A stretch of 61,049 nt of DNA, filler included, from Platydemus manokwari (lineage: Eukaryota): the NCBI GenBank assembly GCA_037951405.1. It is 5 parts of 5 records of this genome, joined end to end, with 100 filler letters (N's around TTAATTAATTAA, not from the genome) between each part and the next. Parts side by side here need not be neighbours in the genome. Positions count along the whole stretch, not along the records: positions 12,285 to 28,711 come from JBBMOY011176988.1; positions 28,812 to 41,735 come from JBBMOY011903609.1; 3 more parts are not named here. One strand, 5' to 3'. The notes below the pieces were generated by a model that was given only the letters and a program-made list of their open reading frames with translations, searched no databases and was not told where the DNA came from. Below, one piece after another: positions 24,725 through 38,732 of the stretch. The first letter of the stretch is position 1. Each line of letters opens with the position of its first letter. A program made the position numbers and the translations under genes.

Positions 24725-26982
24725 AATTTGTTTGCAAATTGAAGTCTTGACAAAAAGATCTTTTGGTTCTTTTATAAACATGCCTTTTAATAAGAATATA
24801 AAAATGCAGAAATTCGGGAAACTAACATATCAAATATACAAAAATCTCGAGATATCAGTACCAGTAACATCAATAACATCAATCAGATACTTTGCAAGAA
24901 TCTGGCATGTGCATTGCTCAAATATCAATATTGGAAACAATAAACTATCATGATTTATTGTTTAGTATGTTTGTGGAATGACATGTATTGTTTTTTGCCA
25001 AGCAGAATGACATGTTACGTTTAAGGCATGTCTATGCTGGCATATATTCTGATTTTACCACAAAAATTAAGCTTGTACGTTGTATAAATATATGTTTTGG
25101 GACATTACCCCGCTCCTCAAAATCCGATATAATCTCTGTCCCATCTCAACATTGGTATCCCTTCATATTTCATAGTGTTGATTAATATCGCAGTCACGCT
25201 TGACACAGGATATTTTGTGAATTATTAAAAGCTATTACATCTCAAAATTTTACTCTAAAATAAACAAACAACCATTAGATTAACCACAAAATCTAGTCTG
25301 ATATCTCTCTTAATTCTATGTGGTATTCAGATAATGTTCGAGACCGGTTTCCAGTTAGATGAAAGAACAAAAACACAGACTGAATCTGTAGTATTTATTC
25401 TACATGATAACATCCTTTAGTTTCGCCTTGAAAAATACCATTTTCGCTTGCTTAATTTAGGTAAATAAATATTGATAACTACAGATAGAAAACTACAAAA
25501 GCTATTAATGCTTCTGTCATAGATGGCATAACGCGCTGACGTATTTATTACATGATCGCATTTTCAGACTATTCTTTCAATATATCAGTATATCTACAGA
25601 GGAAAATTCTTTCAAATTCAAGAATTTCCACCCGCTTAACGATAATTCTCATCATTATAAATATAGAAGTATTTATGTGATATATTTCCCAGGATTCATT
25701 AGAGAAAAAGAAAACAACAGCATGACACGGATCTACCAATGTACTGTTTTCATAGAATTTTTAAGGTTCAATTAGCATACTCTCGTGCTACCAGCATTGT
25801 GTATTCACGGTTTTGCAGGTCTATGAATTTATTTATTCCACACATCTCTCTCTTTTGCAACAGTTATAGCTCTTTTTCCATAACAATCATTGTCAGTTGG
25901 TTTTTAATTTATTTCCCCAAAGAAATTTTATGTAACCTGATAAAATCTCATAGTAAATGACATCGTTTTTTTTAATAGTTTTTAATCTTGATAGTAAAAA
26001 GAAAAGAAAATATTACGATAGATGAAGAAATGTTTTCCATTCCCATTTGCAAGTTTTATACAAAAACCTAATGTGAACCATAATTTCTCTCCCATATGAA
26101 CTGCGAAGAGAAATATTATTTATCTTGTAGAATCACTTAGGAATAATTGTAACGTTTATAATGGGGAAGACGGGGGGTAGAAATACCCCACGCGGTAAAC
26201 GAAACGAAAGTCACAAAAATTAATGGATTTAGGCGTAATATGTTAAAATATTATTTTCGAGTTATAAATTCAGTAAAAGAGTATTTGCAAAAAACAAATA
26301 TATTAATTTATACTCGTTCGGGAAACGTGTTGGTTGATTCAATTGTTGACAATGCAACAGAAATTTTTATGATTCATAAACCAGTTACAAGAAAATCTCG
26401 ACCGATTTTCATCTAATTAAATTTTTCGACTGTTTCCACATATAAAAAAACATTGGGAAATTTTTCTCCGTCAGATGAAGATCTCAATAAAATTCACCAG
26501 CACAAGCATCTTATTCCGAACTGAAAATATTGATCAGGGAATTATATTGAAATAGAAATGTGTGAATTTATTTGATGGAATGAAACAAAAACACAATCAC
26601 AACATCAGACGGTAATTGGGTGTGCGCCGTTAATATGGATTCTGGTTAAGCCGTTGATAAACTTTTGACGTCATCACAATCCTGCTCTGAAGACTAAATT
26701 ATAAAATTAGACAAAAAATGTAAAAAAAATCATGTAAATAAAAGAATAAAGTTCACTGATAGGGGAAACATTTCGAAAGATGTATTTGAAAAAAAATTGA
26801 CAAATGCTAGAAGTATCAGATCGATATCGTTCCATAACTTAGTAGAGAATACTATGGTTACAAATGTTTTGTTTGACTGTAAAACATATGAAAGACCACG
26901 ATTAATGGCAGTAACAAATAATAATCCATTCTACCACGGAAATTGGCTCTATGTCGGATCAATCTAAAATACATTATATATA

Positions 26983-27203
26983 CGGGGTGGCCCAAAAGTA
27001 GGTTTACAGTCAGTTATTAAAGTGTGTATGTGTGTTAGAATGTCTTGGAGAGATTTGAAGAATTTTGCAATAGGATGTTTTGAGCATCCGAGAAATTACA
27101 CTGTTTATGTTAACAGGTATTACAAATTTCCCGATGTTCTAGTGTCGAATTTACAAATAAATAGTCTACGTGATAGCTGCAAACCTACTTTTGGGCCACC
27201 ATG
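26983..27203. mobile_element. Tc1/mariner-type MITE
   Basis: About 27-bp TIRs (CGGGGTGGCCCAAAAGTAGGTTTACAG / CTGCAAACCTACTTTTGGGCCACCATG) flanked by TA on both sides. Confidence 0.88.
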
Positions 27204-28711
27204 TAAATATATTGGCATTTTAGCTCATGAAGGATTTCAATGATTTTGAAATTTTTTATCGACTTAACCAACAAAAATAATTGAAAAAAGGAAAAATTGA
27301 GAAAATTAAGATGCTTCATTAATTTGATTAATTTTCGACAGGTTTTTTTTAATGAAAACACGTTCCTTTCAATCGGACCAGACAGAATTGATGTCGGCAA
27401 GTCAAGAAATAATGTGCCAATTTGAATATGAAAGCAAAATCCAGTTTTCATAAAGCAGTTCGAATGGAAAAATGAATTTACCAAAAACATAATCATAATA
27501 ATATTAATTTATATGTCGATATTGGTGTCGGGGTTTTCATAAAATCAAATCAATATTAGATGATTTTATTCATGAAATCATTTTACAAATTAGCGGCATT
27601 TTCCTTATTGGTCACGTGATTTGGATTTCAAGAACAAAGTTCAATATCGAATTCAAGACTTGAATCAATGTCAGAAATAAACTGATATGAAACCAAAACA
27701 AGCACAGAATGTGCGAATGCCAGTTATCAATCGGTATTCAAGTGACACTATTTCAAGTATCGGTATTTTACGAACACTATTTCAAGATTGCTGCCAATAT
27801 CAATAGCGATATCATTTCACAAAAGCTATCCGACATTGCCTTTAATAAAATGATCACAATAAACTATAAATATCAAAATTGTCAACGGATTATATTTTGG
27901 ATGAAATTAAAAGTTTTTTTATGAGCAGTAGCGGTGAATGGGGAAGAGCATTTTTTTTAATCTTGACCATTGTTGGTAGTTTGATGTGATGAATGGGAGC
28001 GGTTTTATAACGAATGATAATCATAAAATGTGATTCCCGAAACGAATATATGAATCCATCAATGGGTTATCGCGCTTAAAATGACATTCAAGCTCGATTG
28101 ATGCCGATATTAAATCGGATGGCCGAATATATATAGCAAATTCTTTCAAATTAAATGGTTCAGTTCCAATAGTATGTTGAGTAAATATCAATGGGAAAGA
28201 TCTGCTATCATGGGATGAAATATATTAAAAATATTTAAGGAATAAAAGAAAAAGACAAAACAATAGAAAACTGAGTGTAACAGGAAGTGGTTGTTGGAGA
28301 TAAATAGTTAGTAATGTTGATATGAATCAGTCTCTGTGGATGGCGTCATACATATCCTATGTCTCTGCAATTGCATATTGTTAGAAATTAAATGTAGAGA
28401 CATGCGGCGACTCCAAAGCCCAAGCACATGGACCAATTAACTACAGTAATACGATTCTAAATACGATGTCCCATAGGGTTACGTAATAAATTTTAATTAT
28501 GATTAAATTTCAGATGTTACCATCACTGTTGTTAGATGAATGCATTACTTTTATCTAATATTTATAAATCTTCAAAATGTTTTATACAAGATGAATTTAA
28601 GGAACAAATAATTCCAGGATTATAATAATAATAACATAATGATAATTGAATAATAATAATAATGATAATAGTAATAACAATATTAATAATAATAATAATA
28701 ATAATAAATAA

Positions 28712-28811
28712 NNNNNNNNNNNNNNNNNNNNNNNNNNNNNNNNNNNNNNNNNNNNTTAATTAATTAANNNNNNNNNNNNNNNNNNNNNNNNNNNNNNNNN
28801 NNNNNNNNNNN
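28712..28811. other. Artificial contig spacer N44-TTAATTAATTAA-N44
   Basis: Identical 100-nt spacer. Confidence 0.97.
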
Positions 28812-30469
28812 AATATAATTGTCGTCATATTAACACAGTAGCGGTATAAAATGAATCTCAAAATATAAAATTCGGAAATGTTATTTCATATGAAGCTATT
28901 GTTTTGAAATTTTGATGATATTGAAATATATTCACACTTTTATTGATTAAATGAAAACTCAAACCCATTTTCATCATAAAATTATCAAACGGAACTCTAC
29001 AAGTTGATTTGATGAGTTTATTTTTACTTAATTATTTTTCTTTTTGTTGTTGTAATAACTTGCGTGCTCTTTAATGATAAGTAAATTTGTTATTGTGATT
29101 TAAAGAGAATCCCAAGTAAGGTCATTTGTTTTTCGTTTAAAATCTTACTTTTATTAATGATAGTAATGGTTATATAAAAGAAAATTCTGCTGAACAACCG
29201 AAATCTGAATCAGATAATCAACTTGCGAGTTCAGTTTTTTGATGACTCAGTCAGTAACTCTCATGGGCATTGAATCGCAATTTGATTGGAATTATTATTG
29301 TGTGCGACTTTCTATTGGTATAATAATACCTATTGTCGCTTCATTTGGGTCTCTTAAACAATTAATTCAGCTTTCGCTCCAAAAAAGAGGGCTAATATTG
29401 TATTTGCTTGTGTGCTATTCAGTACACCATACATAATTACACTTTACAATAATATCAACCAAAATTTGGCTTCTAACTATCAGTTTGCCATATTTACATC
29501 AGTTTTTATATACGCTATCTGCGTGTAATTTTTTGTGTTATGTTGTATCATATTTTGATTCGATCTTTGCCTTTCCATGTACCTGTTGTGTTTTTAATTT
29601 TTTTGCATGAATGGGATTGGTTTGTTGAGTTGCTATGCTGCTTTATCCAATTGTCGTTTACCATCTAAATTCACTGTGATTGTTTGGTTGTTATGCCTGT
29701 ATAGTTGTGTAGGCAAGCAAATGTTCAAAGTGCTTAAACAAGGGCTCCAAGGTGTAAACCCCTTTTTCTTCTGCAGAATTTCATTTCACTCAACAATTAA
29801 GTGAGTGTATTTATTAAATATTGAAATGCGCTGTTCTAAATATTTTAGTTTTCATTATTAGTATCGATTTATTCTATTTTATTTTGGAGTTATTATATAA
29901 TGAATTGATTTAATTTTTTCTTCTAATGTGTGTTCTGTATTCATTTTTTTATACATATCCAACAAATAAAGTTAGAGATAAACTGCAGTGCATTAGAAAT
30001 TTTATTAGGGTTTACATTTGTTTTTAAAATTTTTCGAATAAATTACACATAACGATAATGATGTGAGTTACTAAATTCATCTCTCGAATGAATTCGTGGA
30101 ATTTTACTTCGCTAATATCATGAAATGATTGTTTAAGCACTGTTATTTGCATGTCCATTTATACTTGAAATACTATTATTACTATTGCCAACTGAACCAC
30201 AACCTTTGAAATAATGATAAAGATCTACACGGGTACAATAGAGTGCAACTTATTTACGATTCTATTATAGCTCAGTGATAATTATTTTTTGTTCCCGTTT
30301 TAAATGTTGTCTCATCAAGCTTGAATCATCAGTAAAATCACAGATCAATTTTCAATTCGGATGATTTTCCTATCGGTTTGGCTGGTATGTCGAGTAATTA
30401 CTTGTCGACATCAATGGTTTGTTATTTATAATAATTCTTACATATTGTAGAGGGCTTCTGTTTAATAAA

Positions 30470-30748
30470 ATACTCATATAAAATGAACTGAAAAGTCACG
30501 AAATAAAATTATATACAGAATCTTTTGATATTAATTAATAAAATTCTCAAAATCAAATTTTTAAATCTTCACATAGCCCTTTCTCTACAATTTTGATTTT
30601 CTGTGTTCAAAATAATTTCTATGTTGAATTCTTCAAATATTTACTTAAATAAAGATTTCCATTTCCCGATATTTATAAAATCTTTATATAATTTCTCGAT
30701 ATTTTTTATATTTTCTCTAAATCTCCTGTGGAATCCGACCTAACCCGA
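30470..30748 (-). repeat. Degenerate dispersed repeat related to 22160-22560
   Basis: actcatataaaatgaactgaaaagtcacga versus actcatttaaaaaaaactgaaaagtcacga (22527), plus other shared blocks. Confidence 0.4.
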
Positions 30749-31215
30749 GATATTAAAATATAAAATATATACAAATATATATAAGAATAAAAAAAATTTG
30801 AAAAATATAAGAAATTTAAATTTAAAAAATTTTCATTTCTGCAAGAAAAAAATAAAATTCAAATTATTAAAAAATTATTTAAAAAGTTAATTAAACAAAA
30901 ATTTTGTTTATCCACAACAAATTCTTTTGTTTAACAATCCCAAGGTCAAAAGAAAAAAATATTTGCAAAAATCTATTTTTGCAACCACGTCATTGCTAAA
31001 AATAGTGTAGGTCAATATAGTAGCTCAAGTAGATAAAAACAGTAGCTAAAAACAGTTGCTAAATTTAGGCATGACGTCTAGAGAGATTCTAAATTTAGAA
31101 ACAAAAGAGGAAACAATATAAACACACAGATATGACGCATGCGATCCACAAAATCAATATGCAAGCAAATTCAGTTTGATTGCACTTATCATACACAGTT
31201 AATTGATTGAACAAA

Positions 31216-31445
31216 CGATTACAAATTTTCTGACGAAGCATTTATCTGACGAAACGTTCAACAAATAATTACCAATTTTATTATTCTGAAGAAACATTTA
31301 TTTTACGAAGCATACAACGGACAATTACCAATTTATTATTATTACGACACAACCTTATTGGCAAACATTCTGACGAATAGTTAATCAATTTATCGAAAAT
31401 TAAACGAAGCATTCCAGTCAATTATTATTTGAAGAAACCTACGGC
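31216..31445. repeat. Degenerate tandem repeats (ctgacgaagca / aattaccaattttattatt units)
   Basis: (ct)gacgaa(g/a)c recurs about six times; aattaccaattt(t)attatt occurs twice with further variants. Confidence 0.65.
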
Positions 31446-34400
31446 AAATCCTTTTACTTTTATTTCAAATTATATCTAATTATATCTTTACAAAATGATG
31501 AGTCAATTTTATGTTTGTATTACGCGCCTCCAGCTATCTCGATATCTGTGTGGTTGTTTTAATTTTATTTTAACTCCACTTTATCATTTCCTACCTTCTT
31601 TTTTTAACCAAAAGGGTGTCTTGCCAACTAGATGGGTGCACCTGACTGTTCTCCTGAAGGGTCCACAATAGAATTTTATCTTGAAATGCACATTAAAATC
31701 TGATTTATTGCTAATAAACTTATTGTATTTAATTCGTTCAGTTAATAATTTATTTTCATATTTTTCAGGATAAGCTCATATTTTACCTGCCTATTTATAT
31801 TTTAAATATTATTATTATTATCTTAAGAGAGTGATTCGAACACTTCCTACGTATCTGATTAGAGCAGATTCTGTTGAGAACAAAATCCCAATCTTTAATC
31901 CGATAGCTATTTTCATCGTTCACTTATAACACCAATTTTTTGTTTTAATTTCATTGGAAATCGTGTATGCTAACTTTGACTTATAACGCTGTCTTATATA
32001 GGTTAACATATTTATTATCTTTATAAAGTAGTGATTCAATATTTAATTATCAATTAATTATTACTAATTAATTAAAATCATACTCAATCCTTGATTATTA
32101 TTTTTGATAAAAACAATCAACCAAATGAAAATAAATAATAATATAGCAATCATGGAACACATTAATTTCAGTTCTCATCTCAATAAATGAAAACATCTCA
32201 AATTGAACAAATATTAAAACGAAAATTATAATTTTCCTAATTTTTTTAGAAAGTTTTGATCCTGTCAATATTTCAATCTCCTAATAGCTAACAGATTTTT
32301 TCACAACAGCAATTAAAATCGATAAATAGCGTTGAAAATATTTCTACTGCCTTTCCCAGTGAGATACTTTATTTACGTAATTATCGAATTATTTAAAGTT
32401 TCTATTTTTTAATATCAATCGTCGATGGATAAGATTTTTTTAATTCAATGTTTTCTATCAATTAACTCAAAGGAAGGATAAGATTTTCTTTCCCATTTTT
32501 GTATTGCTACTAATTTCTCTCAATTTCATAACCGACTAATATTTACAAATAAATAATTTCTATGGCAAATTTATACATGTAGTGATAATTCGTATATGGA
32601 GTTGAAAAGTAAAAAATGCATAAAAACATTAATAATCATTGTCGATTATAAAATAACCTAATATCCTGTGGCTCATTAATTAAGATTAACTCATAAAATT
32701 ATATTTTAAAATAATAATATAAATCAAAAGATTAAAATTAAAATAACGTTTCATATCCCATGATAATTCTTTGCAGCATCGTTGAACAGTAATTTCTTAC
32801 AAATTCAATCAGTGATTTAAATATTTTATCAGCTTCACGATTTATACTGGATTTCAAACTTAAACAATTAGTTTATTCATCTGAAAACAAAATGATGATT
32901 TGAAAATGAATTTAATTATTTAAATAATGTTTTGTTAGTTGTTCTATTAAAATGGTTTCAAATTATTAATGAATAATTAAATATAGAAACAACCTGTTGA
33001 TTTAGTTCTTAAAGTGGCTGTTATCACATATATTACATAAATAAAGAATTATTTTCATGTAAATGTCTAAATCTAATTTCGCCGATATTCATAGCTCCTC
33101 AAACAACTTAATATTTCAACAACAAAATATATCAAGTCACTGGGATTATGTAATTTCACTACATTAAAATTAAACACCATAATGCGTTTGCACTTGCTCA
33201 ACTTTATGTTAGACTCTTATCAAGGACTTAAAAAAGAGTATGCTCAGCGAGATGACGGGCTGAACTATGCCCCGAGTCCAAAGACACACTCAGATAACCG
33301 ATTTTCTGAAAAACCTAAATTTTATTCTGGTGGAAAATCTAAACTTACCAAACTTTTCCGGGTAGGCGAGACAATCGCTAAGATTGTACAGGAAAAAAGA
33401 GTTATCCGAAAAGGATGACAGGTTCAATACCTCCAATCCCCAAGAATACTCATAAAAGTGATCCAAGATCTGAAAAACAAGGTCCGAGAGGCCAAAAAAA
33501 TTAAAAATTTGAAAATTTTAGAAATATCCGAAAAATGGAAGATCGACTATTAGCAGACCTGGCAAAGATCGTAAATGAGTACGCACAGAAGCAGAACAGG
33601 TCAAAATCAAAGACCAGATATGACAAATCCAGGTCACGATCCAGGAAAAGCTCCAAACCCAGATCATATGCTGACTCAATGAAATTCAATAAAAAATCGA
33701 ATGAATGATAAACCAAAGAAATGATAAACAGAACATTAGACCAATTCTTACTGATGATGATAACTTTCAAGAAGTCAGATACAAGAAATGTAAACACCAA
33801 AAGAAAGATGGAAAGTGGAAAAATGGAAGAAATAAAGATAACCATCAATAATGAAAAAAGACAGATTGAGCGCAAAGAAAAGGAGATCCCAAATACACCT
33901 TTATCAATGAATTTGGATAAAAACACCAATAAAATTAATATCCAAATCAAATGTGATAATTGTGAATATCCGATGCCAAACATGTGGCAATTACGCAAGT
34001 CAATTATTCAAGTTATTGGTCCAAGAGAAACGATGGTGAAAAGGCAACGAAAAATGAAGAACATTGTACTAAAGATTCTGAGGAAAAGGAAGACAAAACG
34101 AACAAAATCGATAAGACAATAAATCCAGACAATTATGTTGATATTGACAAATTGGATAAGTCAATATCCACTAATGCAACTTCAAAAAAACCGAACAACG
34201 CCAATATTCCAAATACCGAGGGAGAGAAACAACCAAATCAAAGCATTGAAAGGAGAAGCAGAAAAACCAGCGAACTGTTTGCCAAGTCAAAGGATAAGAA
34301 CGTCAACTCCAATTAGGACCCCACTGAGTCCAATCAAAGGAAGAAAGGCCAGTGTGTTACAGGATAAAAGCCAGTTGCTAATTGACCTCGGAAATAATTG

Positions 34401-34449
34401 ATGGGATCTCGCTGAGGATGAAACCGTAACTTCAGAATATGACCCCTCA

Positions 34450-34923
34450 GTGCCAGACAATCCGCATTGTTTTTGGTTTTCCGGTGACCAAATTGACAAT
34501 TACATAAAAAGCAGAATACCAAATGAAATATTCTATCTCCAATCATATACAACTGAAAGCATTGTTGTCCACCAACTTGATATCTCAGACTCAATGATAT
34601 GCCAACAAACACTGAGCAGAAGTAAAATCTTTCTGACTCCTATTAATGTGAATAATACTCACTAGACACTGCTGATTAGAAACAAAGATGATGGGATGGA
34701 AATCATTGATTCAATGGAAGAAAACAGTGCTTCTATTCTCAGTGCCTCGATCAAAGCGAACAAAATTATAGATGTTATCAAACAGTGCGAAGAATGGGCT
34801 CATTCTCTACTAAGCCCTCCTCATAGTTACCAGTCAAGACAATGTCAGAACAACAATGTTGACTGTGGATCCTTTGTATGTGGTTATGCAGTATATCTTG
34901 CCATCAATCGCAATTTTCAATGA
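34450..34923 (+). pseudogene. Ulp1/C48-like cysteine protease domain of the retroelement
   Basis: FLTPINVNNTH*TLL...IIDS...QCQNNNVDCGSFVC shows the H, D, Q, C catalytic pattern. The Trp after His is a TAG stop (34663-34665). Confidence 0.8.
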
Positions 34924-35218
34924 AATCAATGCAATTAACATTCGAATCGAGGTTATATCAGGAACTGAGAGAGACTGAAGTAAACCAAGAAAGCCAACCA
35001 AGCGATTATCGATCGTCAAAAACGAACAATAAGGGGTGAGCAACTCCTAGCCAATCCTAAAGATGTTCCAAAAGATACAATTCAGATCAGGTAAAGTTTG
35101 GTTCACAGTCTGGCAAATAACTTGGAAAAATAATCATTAAACGAGACATACAAAACCATCTGTGAATTTCTCGGAATTATGACAGTGATTAGACCACCAG
35201 AGTATCCATTCCTCAGTA

Positions 35219-36485
35219 ATGCAACAAACGAAATGGAAAGGGGAAAACAGACATGAAACTTCGAAATTTGTTCAATATCGCCACATCAGCTGCTTTTGGA
35301 ATAATTACCAAATCTACTCATGCAAATACTTGGCCAAAAAAGAAGACTTCGAGATAAATTACAGAAACAAACAAGTCGATCCAATGAAATTACCAGAATG
35401 TATTAGACCTTGCGTGACACAATGCAATGAATTCTGTGAACTAAAAAGATATGCGAAGAGAGGCCCTAATTTCTCATTTCAAACTATCGAAATTGAAACA
35501 ATATATAAAACTTTACTTCCAAAGGATCCAACATATTCTGGAAGGAACAATATCGGATACAAGGATATATCTTATGCCGAATTATTGAAAGTACTATTTG
35601 ACAAGTGCATAGAGCTAAATGAAATTCTTGAAGAATGGGAAACATATTCTACGATCATGATCCCCAAACCGACGAAGAACCCCGAATATGACAGAGTCAA
35701 ATCGTGGAGACCGATCGCACTCCTCGATTGTTGTTACAAAATACTAACAACAATCCTATGCCAACAACTTCGGAGTTGGATCGATGAGAACAACCTAATT
35801 CATCCATTACAAAAGAGTCTGGGGCCAACTGATGGGTGCGCGGAGCACAACTTTATTCTTCGAGCTCTGTTAGAAAATTATTCAAGGAAAGGAAGAGATG
35901 ACATTCACATCTCATTCATGGACATTGAGGAGGCCTTTCCTTCGATAAACATCACAGCAATGATGGAGATATTGAAATATATTGGCCTGGATGAAAATGA
36001 TATAAAAATGGTCGAATACTTGTACAACAACTGCCGGATTACATTCAAGTGTGGAGATTATGAGACGTGTCCGATCGAAATGAAATGTGGACTTCATCAA
36101 GGTTGCACAATATCAATGTTGTTATTCAACATTTCAATGAAATCAATTCCTGTAAAAATGGATCAAAACCGATTGGGTGGATTACTATTGGCTAATAATA
36201 AAATCTCTTGCCATTGTATATGCTGATGATCTTGCGATGATAGGTAGGGATGCCAACAGTGTACAATGAATGATCAACGAGGCTTCCGAACTGGCGATCT
36301 CACTCGAATTCAAGTTTAAACCATCTAAATGCGGTTACCTACACAATGAAAGAGAAAGCTCTATGCTAGATAACTTAGAAGTGAACAATGAACCAATTCC
36401 AATAATCACTATGGACAACCATTATCGGTATTTGGGTGTGAACCTTTCACTAAAGTTTCCACAGAAAATCTATTCAGCGATCTGA
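35219..36485 (+). pseudogene. Non-LTR reverse transcriptase domain, frameshifted
   Basis: RT motifs 1-4 lie in ORF 35219-36226. YADD and later motifs are in a shifted frame with an internal stop. Confidence 0.92.
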
Positions 36486-38732
36486 AAACTAGGATGGGAA
36501 TGCTCACAAATTCAATTCTGCTTCCATAGCAGAAACTCAGAGCCTTTAAACTGTTTATCTATACGAAATCTTCCCGAGAAATTATTATATCACCTAAACA
36601 AAACTCAACGAATTCGACATTATGATGAGAAAATACCTGAAGACAATGCTGGGTGTACCAAAATATTGCAGTACAAATTACCTATATACCTCCAAAGCCA
36701 ATGGGGAATACAGTCTACGCAATATGACAAAAGGTTAAACAATTCAATCAATCATCCATGGCTACTATCTCCTCACGAGCAAGCTTGATGTAATCAGACT
36801 AACAGCGGTGCACTCTTTATGTCAATCAGCAAAAACCTAAATAGAGGTGAATGACACATTCAACTGAATGAACTCACATATTTCTGGGACTCGCAGAAGC
36901 AAAACTTGGTGGGGAAAAGTACGTGAGGCGATCAAATATGCAGCAAATAAACTCCACACAATTGTTCGCTTTGAGAAAATTAATGGTGCCCTCATGCTCA
37001 GATTCGAACAAAGTATCATCTCCAATGGTCTTAGTTACACAAAAGCAACGACAAGGGAACCAAAGAATATTAAACAAGCTCCAAAACTTCTTCGATGATG
37101 TTTCATTCAATCTTATCAAATCCAATGGAATGAACAAATCAGAAGGGGGCGATACAATACATAGACGGGATGGGGTGCCGTAAATGTCTGTACCCAACGG
37201 AATCACAGACGCACATTTTCACAATGTGTAAACCATCTAACTCGTTTGTAAATTTTAGGCACAATAAAGTTATGGAGATTGTAGCAAAGTGTGTGGAATG
37301 TCATACCGATTATAGAATCTTTATAGATAAGAAATGTCAATTTGCCAACTCCAACCTACGAGTCGACTTACAAATGACAGAAAATCTACCATCATGTTAA
37401 TTGACATCAAATGCCCGTGAACTAGTCAATGGTAATTAATGAGACAGATTAAAAAAACCTCGCCAAGGACGACAGTCTCAAAAAGAGGTCAAAAAGAACA
37501 AACCAAAATTCACGGTCGAACTTCACACTTTGATCGTGGGTGTGGTCGAAAACATGGGTGACGTCGAATGATGGAATTGTATGAAAATTGGGACTTAGCC
37601 AGTAAATCATTAACAAATTAGCGACGAAATTCATAAAGTCAAATATCAATGGGTCGTACCTCCAATGACAGTTCCACACTAGCAAAATAAACTCATACTG
37701 CCAAAAATTAACGAAAACAAGGGATGAAGACTATTCACAGTTGAACCTTGACTCTGAGGACGATAGCTGAGCAATCAATTACTGGATGTAGCCAAGAGAA
37801 ATGTGATAATAGGTTCAATCGCAAGAGAGAATCTATTTTATAAGTCGTGATTTATCACGGCTAACCAATTAATCGTTGTCTTAAATAGATATTTGCTTTT
37901 TTTATTAATAAATTCTAATCTAATGACTATCTATATGTGAGGATGTTGATTCACTTCAAATTAATCCATACCTCAGTGAGACAAGTCAAGGAAATAGCTT
38001 CTATGTGTTCACTTATTTTGAAATTTGTTAATTGATCTATTTGGAACTTTTCCTTATGCGAAGTTCTTTCGTTGACTTGATTTACTTATATGTGGATTGA
38101 TTTGCAATGAATATACAAACCATTATATATATTCAAGTTATCATTCATTTTGAATTTTATAATTTTTTTAGGTTAGACTTCAAAGAAAATAAAACAGTAT
38201 TCTGAATTGATCTATGGTATGCTTAAATGTAATGGATTTCTTGAAAGAAGTTAATGTATTTGTTTAACTATATGTTTTCTTGGAATAGTTTATAAGGTGT
38301 AACTTAAGTTTTATTTTGATAGTCATTATGTAAAGGTATTATTAGAAGGTACGGAATCGATAATTATTAATTGTTTAATTCATTAATCATTTTATCTTAA
38401 ATATTTAGGGAAGTTCTCGAATATCGCCTATGACTATTTGACAATTATCTTCTTCGTAGATAATATCCCAAATAGTTAATAATGCTTTCTTTATCAGTGA
38501 CCTTAAGGCAGATATAAAATTATACTTAATACCGAGATGAATTTTTTCCCGCCAGTTGAATTGAGTTTTAATCTCTTAAAAAACAAAAATCGTATTTTTA
38601 AATAAAAATTCAGAAAATTTTGATTTATTCAGAAAACATGATAAATGAATTTGATAATAAATTATATATTAATAATAATTTTGATAATAATTATCGTTTT
38701 AATAATTTCAATTGGACTCTTATGAACTATAT

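Larger units (their letters stand above)
33185..37925 (+). mobile_element. Decayed non-LTR retrotransposon with restriction-like endonuclease and Ulp1 protease (NeSL-like)
   Basis: Order along the element: SR-rich N-terminus, CxxC finger remnant, Ulp1 protease, RT (KSWRPIALL...YKIL; GLHQGCTISMLLFNI; YADD at 36219-36230; YRYLG), then CCHC finger CRKC...ESQTHIFTMC, RHN, and RVDL...IDIKCP. Many stops and frameshifts. AATAAA at 37907. Boundaries approximate. Confidence 0.9.

Noticed and set aside
26163-26192. G-rich TIR-like sequence GGGGAAGACGGGGGGTAG...
   Set aside because: No partner inverted repeat or TSD found in the window.
27607-27619. ATTGG + TCACGTGA (CCAAT/E-box) motif
   Set aside because: A single short motif with no assignable gene; chance occurrence cannot be excluded.
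31216-31445. CRISPR-like repeat-spacer array
   Set aside because: The units are irregular and degenerate, the context is eukaryotic and there are no cas genes.
33501-33998. 165-aa hydrophobic minus-strand ORF
   Set aside because: Antisense shadow of the A-rich retroelement coding strand.
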